Source: a virus. Taken from it: DNA of 64,000 bases. The notes beneath the pieces are model-generated. The model saw only the letters and a program-made list of their open reading frames with translations. It ran no database searches and was not told the origin of the DNA. Every line of letters starts with the position of its first letter. Position 1 is the first letter of the stretch. Location: positions 1-64,000 of IMG/VR virus record IMGVR_UViG_3300005617_000005; one strand, written 5' to 3'. Below are positions 1-8,439 of the stretch, piece after piece. A program made the translations under genes and the position numbers.

Positions 1-510
1 AGACAAGCGACGGCGACGCCGGTGTTCGACGCGTTCGGTCGCATCACCGCTGTCAACCTCACCGACATGGGCTCGGGCTACACGCGCATCCCGAACATCG
101 CGTTCATGGTGCGTAGCGGTGTACCGCCGCGAAAGATCGCGAAGGCGTTCGCCGTCATGGCGAATGGCACGCCGGCGCTCGCGCACGCAACACTCGCTGG
201 ACCCGCCGTCAACGCGGTGGTCCTCGACAGCCCCGGTCGTGGCTACGTCAACGTGCCGGATGTCGTTCTCACCGGTGGAGGTGGAACCGGTGCGGCGGCT
301 CACGCACGACTCGAGCTCGATCGCGTCGACGTCTTGTTCCGAGGCGCTGCGTACCCGCAAGTCGGAACGACCGTCGTCTTCACGACGTACTTCAAGAATC
401 TTTTCCCGAACGGACCCGCGCAGGCCGGCCCGTTCTCGCATCTGTTCAAGTCGCTGTTCAATGTCGGTGCGCGAGCGCCGATCATTGCTACGGCGCCCGT
501 TCTGGCCTGA
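1..510 (+). CDS. Partial virion fibre/spike-type protein with GxGY-xx-P repeats
   Basis: Frame is open from base 1. Repeats ITAVNLTDMGSGYTRIP and VNAVVLDSPGRGYVNVPDVVLTGGGGTGAAAHA are typical of phage structural proteins. Confidence 0.6.
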   Translation, partial: RQATATPVFDAFGRITAVNLTDMGSGYTRIPNIAFMVRSGVPPRKIAKAFAVMANGTPALAHATLAGPAVNAVVLDSPGRGYVNVPDVVLTGGGGTGAAAHARLELDRVDVLFRGAAYPQVGTTVVFTTYFKNLFPNGPAQAGPFSHLFKSLFNVGARAPIIATAPVLA

Positions 511-524
511 TCGACACCTAGGGG

Positions 525-2126
525 ATGCACATGTCTGACATCGACGATGACGACCGCCCGCAAAACGAAGACGACCTCGACGAGGACGAGGAAGAGGAAG
601 AGGAAGAAGAGGTAGCGGAAACCGCTCCTGCGCAACCAGCGCCGGCGGCGCCGAATCCTGTTCCTCCCGCCTCGGTCGGTGTCGGAAAGCCTGTCGATCG
701 CAACGGGCAACCAAGAAAGCGCAAGAAAAAGAAGCGCGGCGAGCAAGAACCGCGTGAGGCAAAACCACAAGATCCCGCAAAGCCAAAAGAGGGCGATCTC
801 ATGTGGGAGTGGGTCATTGACAAGTGCACCGAGCGGGGCATCTACCCCGGTCACGTCAACATCCGCATCGCACGCATCGATGTTGGGCGCGAGGTGACCG
901 TCGGCAACCTGCAAGGCGACCGCGTTCTTGGCGACGACAACCAGACGGCCGCCGAAGCGCTCTACGAAGCAATCGTCGAGTCCTTTCACATCCCCGCGCA
1001 GCTTCGCGGACCGATTCTTTACAATGTGATCTTCTCGATCAAAGGCGACCGCGGCTTCAGTCACCGCGGGCAGATCAATCTGCCTTCAGTCGAAGAGATC
1101 AACCGCCGCAGGCAGAGCGAGTGGTACCCCGGTGCGCCGCAAGCGCACCACGGCGGCTACGTTCCTCCGCCGCCGCGCTACTCTCGCAGCGACCGCGATC
1201 GCGAAGGGCCACGCGGTTATGGTCGCCGCGATCGTGACGACCGCGATCGCGATTACGACGATCGTGATCGTTATGATGATCGGCGCGATGCACGTCGCGG
1301 TGTTGGCGCGCCGCCGCCGGCGACCCATTCACAACCGTACCCGCCGCAATACGGACCGCCGCCGGGCTACTACGACGATCGCTACGATCGTGGCCGCCGA
1401 CGTGATCGGCTCGAGCGCGAGATCGACGATCTCAAAGACCTCGTGCGCGATTTCATCCGTGGCGGCGGCAATGCCCAACCGCAACAGCAACAAGGACCCG
1501 ACTTCGCTGCGCTTCAAGCACAAATCCAACATCTCGAAAAGACGTTCGGTGTGAAGTTCACCGTCGCTGGTCTGGGAGCACCTCCCGCACCCGCACAACT
1601 TCCGCAACAAGCGCGCGATCCCGAGAGCCAAGAGTTCGAGCAGGTCATCGCTCGAAAGGTCCGAACTGGCGTCGGCAAGCGCATCGATACGCTCCTCGAA
1701 GAAATTCTCGATCCTGAAACCGCAGAGAAGAGGCGCGCTAGGCGCCAAGCTGAGGAAGAAGACGAGGAGGACGAAGACAAGCCGGAACAAGACATCGACG
1801 TCGTCGATCTACCGGTGCCCTTTCCCGGTACGGAAGTTCCGCTTCGCTATGCGAAGAGCAGAGAGACCGGTGAATTCTCCATTTGGCCAAGCATCGGTCT
1901 CAACTTGCCGGTCGTCATGGATCGACACGGCGACAAACTGATCGATCTCCTGTCGCAGTTCGCGAAGGGCGGCTTTGCCGGGCTCGGTGGAAGGCCGCAA
2001 CCCCCACAACAAATGCCTCCACGGCAGAACGTGAACGGCAGCGGAGTCGGGCACGCGCCTCCACCACCCGCTCACGAGCCGCCACCGCCTCCGCCGAGGG
2101 ATGACGACGACGATTTCCGGCTCTAG
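525..2126 (+). CDS. Large low-complexity protein (acidic N-terminus, RD- and Pro-rich tracts), probable virion/assembly protein
   Basis: 533-aa ORF with six G[VL]G motifs; start could be 525 or 531. Confidence 0.7.
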   Translation: MHMSDIDDDDRPQNEDDLDEDEEEEEEEEVAETAPAQPAPAAPNPVPPASVGVGKPVDRNGQPRKRKKKKRGEQEPREAKPQDPAKPKEGDLMWEWVIDKCTERGIYPGHVNIRIARIDVGREVTVGNLQGDRVLGDDNQTAAEALYEAIVESFHIPAQLRGPILYNVIFSIKGDRGFSHRGQINLPSVEEINRRRQSEWYPGAPQAHHGGYVPPPPRYSRSDRDREGPRGYGRRDRDDRDRDYDDRDRYDDRRDARRGVGAPPPATHSQPYPPQYGPPPGYYDDRYDRGRRRDRLEREIDDLKDLVRDFIRGGGNAQPQQQQGPDFAALQAQIQHLEKTFGVKFTVAGLGAPPAPAQLPQQARDPESQEFEQVIARKVRTGVGKRIDTLLEEILDPETAEKRRARRQAEEEDEEDEDKPEQDIDVVDLPVPFPGTEVPLRYAKSRETGEFSIWPSIGLNLPVVMDRHGDKLIDLLSQFAKGGFAGLGGRPQPPQQMPPRQNVNGSGVGHAPPPPAHEPPPPPPRDDDDDFRL

Positions 2127-2149
2127 AGGAGATCGAGTACACTCGCGGC

Positions 2150-2491
2150 ATGAGCCGTAAGCGCCGACGACGCAACCCCATCACGGGTTCAGCCAAAGTT
2201 CGCTGGAATCCCATCGACACGAAAAAAGTCGTGTGGGCGGTTGGCATCCTCGCCGGCGCCGGCGCCCTCGGCACCATCATCTACTTTGCAACGAAGAAGA
2301 AAGAGCCCGAGCTCACGACGAACGAGGCGACACCTCCGACCCCCTCGACGGTCACGCCCGCAAAAGATTCGCACGCCGTAGCACCGACGCGATCGACCCC
2401 CCAGGGAGCAGCATCCGAAGCGCCGATGGCGTTCGCGCAGGCTCTTCGCTACTCGCCGCCGCCACTCAATCCTGACACCGGCGATTACTGA
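2150..2491 (+). CDS. Small membrane protein with Arg-rich-NP leader
   Basis: MSRKRRRRNP, then TM VVWAVGILAGAGALGTIIYFATKKK. TACACT lies 6 nt upstream of the ATG. Confidence 0.8.
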   Translation: MSRKRRRRNPITGSAKVRWNPIDTKKVVWAVGILAGAGALGTIIYFATKKKEPELTTNEATPPTPSTVTPAKDSHAVAPTRSTPQGAASEAPMAFAQALRYSPPPLNPDTGDY

Positions 2492-2500
2492 GGCGCGCCC

Positions 2501-3544
2501 GTGCGGCTGCCGCGAATCGTCAACCGTCTTCGCTGGTCGCGCTTGTCGCCGACTGAGAAGAAAGTTGCGATCGGTCTGGGTGCCGCCAGTGTACTTGGTA
2601 CGATCGTGTACTTCGCTACGCGAAAGAAAGAGCTGACGTTCGCCGAGCTCGCGGCAGCGGTCCCGAACGATCAGCGCATCGCCTACGGAAGCACCATCCA
2701 CGGACAGATGGTGTTCAACGACGCGATCGGGCGCCTCGCACCGCTTCTCGGACAAATGCTCGAAGGCAACATCATCATCATGCAAGATGCTTCGGCGCTG
2801 CGGCGCATCGTCGAGCACCAAGGTGTAAAGGCGTTCAACCTGGCAGTCGGCGCGTTCTATCCCAGCGGCACCTACTCGACGGACGAATTGGCGAATCAAG
2901 CGCACTGCCAAACGATCGCAGCGCAGCTCGTGACCTTGCACGACGATTGGCTCTGGCCGTTCGAGCACACCGTGTATCGCGAGCCGGACATCGTGCAGCC
3001 GCAAACAGGAGCGCGCTACGCCGGCAATCCGATTCCGGTCGATGATCCGCGGTGGCATGAAGCGCGACAAGTGGCGATCAATGCGAGCGTCAACAAGACG
3101 ATGCACGCAATGGACTTCGGCACGGCTGTCGACACGTACAAGGCGCTCACCGGCACGCCGAACCCAGCACCGATGGGCTACCTCTACGTGATGAAAGTGC
3201 CCGCCGAGACACGCGATGCGCTCGCGCGGCTCGCGCGTGACATGGCGGCGAAGAACAACAAAACGCTTCCGACGGTAGACGCCAACAACAAACCGATCCT
3301 CGAGCCGCAACTCACGATCATTCACGCATCAGTCGGTGCGGTGATCGCATCGCAGATGATTGATTTGCTCGAAGGCCCAAACAGCCCGTGCATCCGCAAG
3401 CTCACGCCAGAACTCGTCTTCTCGATGTTCGCCGCAACGCTCGGAACGGTGCTTGGACTCGCGTTCGGGCCCGCTTTGTCCGCAGTCAGCGTTGCGGTTC
3501 AGATCGTGTCGACGATCAACAAGCTCGCGAACCTCTCGAAGTAG
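2501..3544 (+). CDS. Membrane-anchored protein with N- and C-terminal hydrophobic segments
   Basis: N-terminal anchor LGTIVYFATRKKELT is paralogous to that of 2150..2491. Confidence 0.75.
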   Translation: MRLPRIVNRLRWSRLSPTEKKVAIGLGAASVLGTIVYFATRKKELTFAELAAAVPNDQRIAYGSTIHGQMVFNDAIGRLAPLLGQMLEGNIIIMQDASALRRIVEHQGVKAFNLAVGAFYPSGTYSTDELANQAHCQTIAAQLVTLHDDWLWPFEHTVYREPDIVQPQTGARYAGNPIPVDDPRWHEARQVAINASVNKTMHAMDFGTAVDTYKALTGTPNPAPMGYLYVMKVPAETRDALARLARDMAAKNNKTLPTVDANNKPILEPQLTIIHASVGAVIASQMIDLLEGPNSPCIRKLTPELVFSMFAATLGTVLGLAFGPALSAVSVAVQIVSTINKLANLSK

Positions 3545-3560
3545 CGATAGGCTCTCGCAC

Positions 3561-4121
3561 ATGCCCCTCAGGAGTGGCTCGAGCCGGAAGACCATCAGCT
3601 ACAACATCCGGAAGCTACGCCACGAGGGCTACCCCCAGAAGCAAGCGGTGGCAATCGCGATGAACAATGCACGAAGACACCCGACGCGGCGCCGACGCGC
3701 GCGCGAAAACCCGATCAAGAAGACGACGCTCTACTGGATTCTCGGCGGCGTCGGCGTCGTCGGCGTGGGCGGCCTCATCTACTGGCTCGCAACGCGCAAC
3801 AAAACGGCCGCGATGCAGGGCGGCGGAGGCGCACCCCTTCCTCCCCCGCAAGGCGGAGGCGGTGGTGGCGGAGGTGGCGGTGGCGGAGGTGGCGGCTCAC
3901 CGACTCCTGCGGGCCCACCACCGAATCCAGCGAACTACAACGGCGGCGCGAACAACCCGAACTTCGCGAACGACATCAACAAATGGGTGCAAAGCGCGGT
4001 CGGCATCCTCAACACAATCAAAATGGGGAGCGAGACGTTCAACGTTCTCTACTCCACGATCCAAGGCGTGATCGCGCAATTCGGCTTCCTGCTCCCGGCC
4101 AATCCGCTCCCGGTTTTCTGA
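3561..4121 (+). CDS. Membrane protein: phage MPLxxG...KQAVAIA module, RRRRARENP, TM, Gly/Pro linker
   Basis: Start refined to ATG 3561 (TAGGCT 7 nt upstream). TM is YWILGGVGVVGVGGLIYWLATRNK. Confidence 0.8.
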   Translation: MPLRSGSSRKTISYNIRKLRHEGYPQKQAVAIAMNNARRHPTRRRRARENPIKKTTLYWILGGVGVVGVGGLIYWLATRNKTAAMQGGGGAPLPPPQGGGGGGGGGGGGGGGSPTPAGPPPNPANYNGGANNPNFANDINKWVQSAVGILNTIKMGSETFNVLYSTIQGVIAQFGFLLPANPLPVF

Positions 4122-4149
4122 TCGCCAAACGGCGTGATAGGCTCGTCTC

Positions 4150-4386
4150 GTGCGTCGACGAAGGCGTAAGCGCAATCCCAGCGACCATTCGTTTCGCGCG
4201 ATCGCGTGGACGATCGGAATCACCGCGCTCACGGCCGCGACCGGCGCGGTCGTCGTCTGGTACATCAACAAACGGCTCTCGCCGCCTCCGGAAAAACCGG
4301 CGATCGACGTCGAAGTCGGCGGTAAAATTCCCGAAGACATCAAGAACTGGTGGGCACGACAGCCGCCGGGATCACAGGTGGCGTGA
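4150..4386 (+). CDS. Small membrane protein with RRRRRKRNP leader
   Basis: Basic leader, NP, then TM. TAGGCT lies 6 nt upstream of the GTG. Confidence 0.75.
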   Translation: MRRRRRKRNPSDHSFRAIAWTIGITALTAATGAVVVWYINKRLSPPPEKPAIDVEVGGKIPEDIKNWWARQPPGSQVA

Positions 4387-4724
4387 TGCGACGCAAACGA
4401 CGACGAGCTCGACACAACCCGATCCCGACCTACGCGTATTGGATCGCCGGCGCCGTTGGCGTTTCAGCGGTCGGCGGCCTGATCTATTGGCTCGCTACGC
4501 GCAATAAAGCGCCTCAGCTCACCACCCCGAAGAGCACGCCAGCGACATCTTCACCGTCACCGTCGCCGTCGCCTCCGCCCCAAGTACCACCGCAAACCAT
4601 TCCGTCGTCACCGAGCCCGTCACCATCACCGTCGCCTACTCCACCACCATCGCCGTGGGCGGAAGCGCAGTCTCCAGATGTGGGCATGTGGCGCCTCGCA
4701 ACGGCAACTCAATTCTCGCAGTAA
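4386..4724 (+). CDS. Small membrane protein with RRKRRRARHNP leader and Pro/Ser-rich tail
   Basis: TGATG overlap with the previous gene. TM ends GGLIYWLATRNK, identical to 3561..4121. Confidence 0.8.
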   Translation: MRRKRRRARHNPIPTYAYWIAGAVGVSAVGGLIYWLATRNKAPQLTTPKSTPATSSPSPSPSPPPQVPPQTIPSSPSPSPSPSPTPPPSPWAEAQSPDVGMWRLATATQFSQ

Positions 4725-4733
4725 GAGGGCAAT

Positions 4734-6353
4734 TTGTTCACCGCAGCCGACGACGCAAAATTGGGCGTGAAGGTGGTGCATTCGCGGTACCCCGACGGCG
4801 AAGAGGGCATCCAAAAGTCGCTCGCGACGATCTGCCAAAAGATTCGCGACGGCGCACCGACCGCTGCGATGAAGAGCTTTGCAGCAAACGTCATGCGGGA
4901 GTACGGACTCCCGACGGGCGCCCGAGCGCAGGGTGCAGCCGCGCTCGATCACATCCGAAAAAACGTGCTCTACGCACCGGACGCGCTCGGGACGGAGCAG
5001 ATTCAAAGCGCCAACATCACACTTTGCGTAGAAGGTGCACCGATCTGCATTCCATGCGGCGACTGCGATGATCTCGTCACGGCGCTCGGCACCGAGCTCG
5101 CTGCGCTCGGGCTCGAGGTCCGCGTCGTGCGCCAGATTTTCGGCGGCGGCCACCAGCAACACGTGCTCATCGAGGTCAAAGACGAGGACGGGATGTGGTT
5201 CCCGCTCGATCCTTCGAGCAAGACGATGCCGGCGGGCCAGAAGGTTCCTGCACAAGAAGAGACGTACCACTCACCGTTCGACGACGCGCCGCCGGGCGCG
5301 CAGTTCGTCGGCATCGGCGCTCTACCGATGTTCCGAGCTGTCGGGCGTTTCGAGGACGATGGATCACAACAGGTCTGGAAACACGAGCGGTGGGAGCAGA
5401 TCGGGCTCGGAGCACCGCTCGAACAGGTCGCGGCTTCGTGCTGCTCCGCGTGTGATAAGAAGAAGGAAGACGCGATGACGCATCACGAGCAGCGACCGCA
5501 CTTCAGCCGACCGAGCAGCGGATTCGGCGCACCGTGGCCGGGCGTGACGGCGTTCGTGCCGCAATGGGCATGGCTCCGGCAGTTCTGGCCCGCGTTCGAT
5601 GCGCAAAGTCGCTCGTGGGAGGACACGATTCACGCCGCGTACCTGCGCGGCGAGGCAAAGAAGTGGGTCCCGAACGATCCGGTCTCGCGAAGCGATCTCA
5701 CCGCGTTGATTCTCGCGTCGGCATTCTCGGCTCGAGCCGTCTCCACGATGCCCGACCAGGGTCTCCGCGCATCAGATGCGTTGAACCGCACCTGGTACAT
5801 CATCGCCGAGAAGCTCGGGTACACGCCCGACACGACGATCGACTCGCTCAAGTCGCGCGTCCAGAAAGAGCAAAACCCAACGACGGCCGCGGCGCAGATC
5901 GCTCTCTTCGAGCTCCTCATCATCGTCGTCTACGTTGCAGCGCTCGCGGTCGTGTACTGCTTCGCCATCTACTTCGCGGCGAAGATCATTGACTCGCTAC
6001 TCGCGCGAATCGTTGCGTTCGCCGAGCTGATCTATCTCCAGATCCAGGTGCAGAAGATCGTCGATCGGCATCTTGCTGATCCGAACCTTCCGTGGACCGA
6101 CGCTGAAAAGAAGATGCTCGACAACCTCGAAGCATTGCAGCGCGGCGCGCACAACGCGGTGACCGCTGCACCCGCGCTCACACCACCGGGCAGTGACGAA
6201 ACACCGGCGTGGGTCTGGATCGGTGGCGGTGTCGTGGTCGTCGGCGGCGTGCTCGCGATCGTCTACAGAGACGAGATCAAGCGTTGGCTCAACAGGTCCT
6301 CGCACAAACAGCTATCGGCGGGCGAAGCGCGTCGACGCAGGAGAGCAGCATGA
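4734..6353 (+). CDS. Transglutaminase-like (Cys-His-Asp) protease domain fused to a membrane-associated C-terminal region
   Basis: GDCDD, QHVLIEV and WFPLDPS motifs in transglutaminase-core order. Hydrophobic helices and a basic tail lie C-terminally. Confidence 0.8.
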   Translation: MFTAADDAKLGVKVVHSRYPDGEEGIQKSLATICQKIRDGAPTAAMKSFAANVMREYGLPTGARAQGAAALDHIRKNVLYAPDALGTEQIQSANITLCVEGAPICIPCGDCDDLVTALGTELAALGLEVRVVRQIFGGGHQQHVLIEVKDEDGMWFPLDPSSKTMPAGQKVPAQEETYHSPFDDAPPGAQFVGIGALPMFRAVGRFEDDGSQQVWKHERWEQIGLGAPLEQVAASCCSACDKKKEDAMTHHEQRPHFSRPSSGFGAPWPGVTAFVPQWAWLRQFWPAFDAQSRSWEDTIHAAYLRGEAKKWVPNDPVSRSDLTALILASAFSARAVSTMPDQGLRASDALNRTWYIIAEKLGYTPDTTIDSLKSRVQKEQNPTTAAAQIALFELLIIVVYVAALAVVYCFAIYFAAKIIDSLLARIVAFAELIYLQIQVQKIVDRHLADPNLPWTDAEKKMLDNLEALQRGAHNAVTAAPALTPPGSDETPAWVWIGGGVVVVGGVLAIVYRDEIKRWLNRSSHKQLSAGEARRRRRAA

Positions 6354-6604
6354 ATCACGTCGGAGCACTCGCCGCTGTCGCACGAGCACATCCACGCGCA
6401 GGGCTCGGTGCCAACCTCCCCGCGGAGATCGTGCAGGGCGTGAAAGAGCTGATCACGCTGCAAACCGACACCACGAAGGCCGAGATCAAGGCCGAGGTCG
6501 ACAAGAAGGGCGAAGAGGCCAAGACGCGAGCTACCTATGTCGCGTTCGGCTTCGGCGCCGCCGGCGTCGTCGTAGGTGCGCTCATCATGCGCGCGGTGCG
6601 ATGA
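6350..6604 (+). CDS. Small protein with NHV-AL-GLG leader and C-terminal TM
   Basis: ATGA overlap; MNHVGALAAVARAHPRAGLGA; C-terminal hydrophobic helix. Confidence 0.75.
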   Translation: MNHVGALAAVARAHPRAGLGANLPAEIVQGVKELITLQTDTTKAEIKAEVDKKGEEAKTRATYVAFGFGAAGVVVGALIMRAVR

Positions 6605-6720
6605 GCGAGCAGCCCAAAACTGATTTTGGATCGTGGGCTCCGTTCGCGTGGGCCGCAGTCGTCACAACCACGTTCGGCATCTTTCTCGGCACGCTCTACC
6701 TGAAGAAGAAGTCGCAATGA
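6601..6720 (+). CDS. 39-aa single-TM protein
   Basis: MSEQPKTDFGSWAPFAWAAVVTTTFGIFLGTLYLKKKSQ, with ATGA overlaps at both ends. Confidence 0.65.
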   Translation: MSEQPKTDFGSWAPFAWAAVVTTTFGIFLGTLYLKKKSQ

Positions 6721-7355
6721 ACCCGATCGAACAGCTCGCGCGCGGACTCGGCGCAGGACCCTTCCAGCGAATCCCATCAGCCGGAACGATCGCGCCGCCG
6801 CAACCGCGTGTCGGCCCATCACCGATGGCGACTGCGACACCGCCCGTGCTGACGTCGGAGGGAACGAGCCGTCGGATGCGCATGGAGCAAGCCCTACCGA
6901 CGAACCAATCGTCGGTCGGCTCCAACTATCAGTGGGCGATCTTGAACGTGGCGGCGAACATCGGCGGTCACACGTTCCAGGCTGGCACACGGATCGCGGT
7001 CGCACCGTCACAAACGTCGACGAGCGGCGGCGGAAAAGCGCACACGACGTCCATCGTGACGAAAGTTTGGGCCAAATTCGGCCAGACGTTCGACGCCTCA
7101 AGCTGGGTCGAGGGCGCGATCTCCTCAAGCTTGTACACGCTCACCGGGCAGACGGCGACGTGGAGCACCTCGACTGGATTTGGCGCGATCGACGAAGGCG
7201 CGAAAACCGCAGCGGTTGGCGGACTCGGATTCGCCGGCGGTTTTCTCATCGGTGCGGCCGTCGGCGCGGTTGCGCTCTTGATCGGCGCGGACATCTATTA
7301 CACACGAAAAGAGCAGAACGAGCGCTACCGACGCGCCGGCTACAGCGGCCGTTGA
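6717..7355 (+). CDS. Protein with LARGLG leader and C-terminal TM anchor
   Basis: ATGA overlap; MNPIEQLARGLGA; Gly/Ala-rich TM near the C-terminus. Confidence 0.75.
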   Translation: MNPIEQLARGLGAGPFQRIPSAGTIAPPQPRVGPSPMATATPPVLTSEGTSRRMRMEQALPTNQSSVGSNYQWAILNVAANIGGHTFQAGTRIAVAPSQTSTSGGGKAHTTSIVTKVWAKFGQTFDASSWVEGAISSSLYTLTGQTATWSTSTGFGAIDEGAKTAAVGGLGFAGGFLIGAAVGAVALLIGADIYYTRKEQNERYRRAGYSGR

Positions 7356-7369
7356 TGTAGACTGCGCTC

Positions 7370-7846
7370 ATGCTCTTGTGCATGGGCAGAGACGTCGCGT
7401 TCCTGATGCGCAGCGGCCACGAGTTCGAGGCCAAGCGCAAACGAGACGGCATGTTGTACGACTCGACCGGCAAACACTGGTCGAAAGACAGCCTGCTCAT
7501 CGCGCCGTTCGAGCAAGGCGAAGACGAGGTCGAGCACGACGGCGCGCGCGACTACTTCGGTTCCGACTACGCGATCTTCCGCGGCGGCATGATCCCACCA
7601 CCGCGTTCTTTGAAAGATGGCTGGCGCAACCTCGGCGAAGTGAAAGAGATCTACTACGACCGCGCCGGCAAGTACGAAGGGCCGTTCAAGCATGCGTTCA
7701 ACAGACCGCGCGGAATGTGGCGTCTGATTTTCCCGTTCTCGCGCCGCGCGAAAGGGCCCGCGCTGCTCTACGCGCGCAAAGGTTGCTACCGCGTCGAATT
7801 TCCCGAAGGCGCGCTCATCGACACACGCGGAATCGTTTTGCCCTAG
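7370..7846 (+). CDS. Hypothetical protein
   Basis: 158-aa ORF; TAGACT lies 6 nt upstream of the ATG. Confidence 0.7.
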   Translation: MLLCMGRDVAFLMRSGHEFEAKRKRDGMLYDSTGKHWSKDSLLIAPFEQGEDEVEHDGARDYFGSDYAIFRGGMIPPPRSLKDGWRNLGEVKEIYYDRAGKYEGPFKHAFNRPRGMWRLIFPFSRRAKGPALLYARKGCYRVEFPEGALIDTRGIVLP

Positions 7847-8136
7847 CGCTTCTTGCGCGGCCAGAGCGTGTAGACCGCAAGGCTCGTGCTGATCAGCGAA
7901 CCGATCCCGAAGACGAGTGCTGCCCGACGATACGACGTCGCAGCTTCGTCGTACTTGTTCGCGGAAGACAAAAGAAGCGCGCGAGAATCCGGATCGGCTC
8001 GAGGTGCCATGTCGCGAGCAGCATTCGCGTCTTGTGACGCCGCCGATGCCTTCGTGTAGTCGTCGTACGCTTTGTACCCCGTGAGGCTCGCGGCAACGAG
8101 ACTGCTCACACCGAAGACCCACTTCTCGGCTGCCAT
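7843..8136 (-). CDS. Small two-TM membrane protein
   Basis: MAAEKWVFGVSSLVAA...LAVYTLWPRKKR; TACTCT lies 7 nt upstream. Confidence 0.65.
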   Translation of the reverse strand: MAAEKWVFGVSSLVAASLTGYKAYDDYTKASAASQDANAARDMAPRADPDSRALLLSSANKYDEAATSYRRAALVFGIGSLISTSLAVYTLWPRKKR

Positions 8137-8169
8137 GCTCGCGAGAGTAACGCGCAGGCGGTGCAATTT

Positions 8170-8337
8170 CTATGTGGGCGAACCCGAAGCGCCACCGGCG
8201 GCGCCGCCTTGCGCGATGCCCTTGGCCGTATCCGACGTCGGAAGGCTCTTCGGGCGGATGAAGAGAAAGTAGACGGCCGTCCCTACAATTCCGAGGCCGC
8301 CAACCACCAAAAGTGCCTTCTTCGTCGACTTCTTCAT
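8170..8337 (-). CDS. 55-aa single-TM protein (absent from the ORF track)
   Basis: Hand translation: MKKSTKKALLVVGGLGIVGTAVYFLFIRPKSLPTSDTAKGIAQGGAAGGASGSPT. TAGTGT lies 6 nt upstream. Confidence 0.7.
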   Translation of the reverse strand: MKKSTKKALLVVGGLGIVGTAVYFLFIRPKSLPTSDTAKGIAQGGAAGGASGSPT

Positions 8338-8402
8338 TCCCTGACACTACCACGGGTGGAAATTGCACCGCATCGCCTGGGACGAAGTCTCTGCGCCAGT
8401 GA

Positions 8403-8432
8403 TTGCATCGGTGCCCGATCCGCGCGTACACT
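8403..8432 (+). promoter_or_regulatory. Sigma70-type promoter TTGCAT-N18-TACACT (leaderless)
   Basis: The -10 ends 7 nt before in-frame GTG 8440. The same TTGC-N18 spacing recurs at 16346, 41776, 42582 and 62029. Confidence 0.6.
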
Positions 8433-8439
8433 CCCCGGT

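Noticed and set aside
2150-4420. Tat signal peptides
   Set aside because: The Arg runs lack the RRxFLK consensus and an AxA cleavage site, and the hydrophobic segments are followed by basic stop-transfer residues.
3730-4510. DGR-like template/variable repeat pair
   Set aside because: The similar segments are paralogous TM anchors differing at all base types, and no reverse transcriptase is present in the window.
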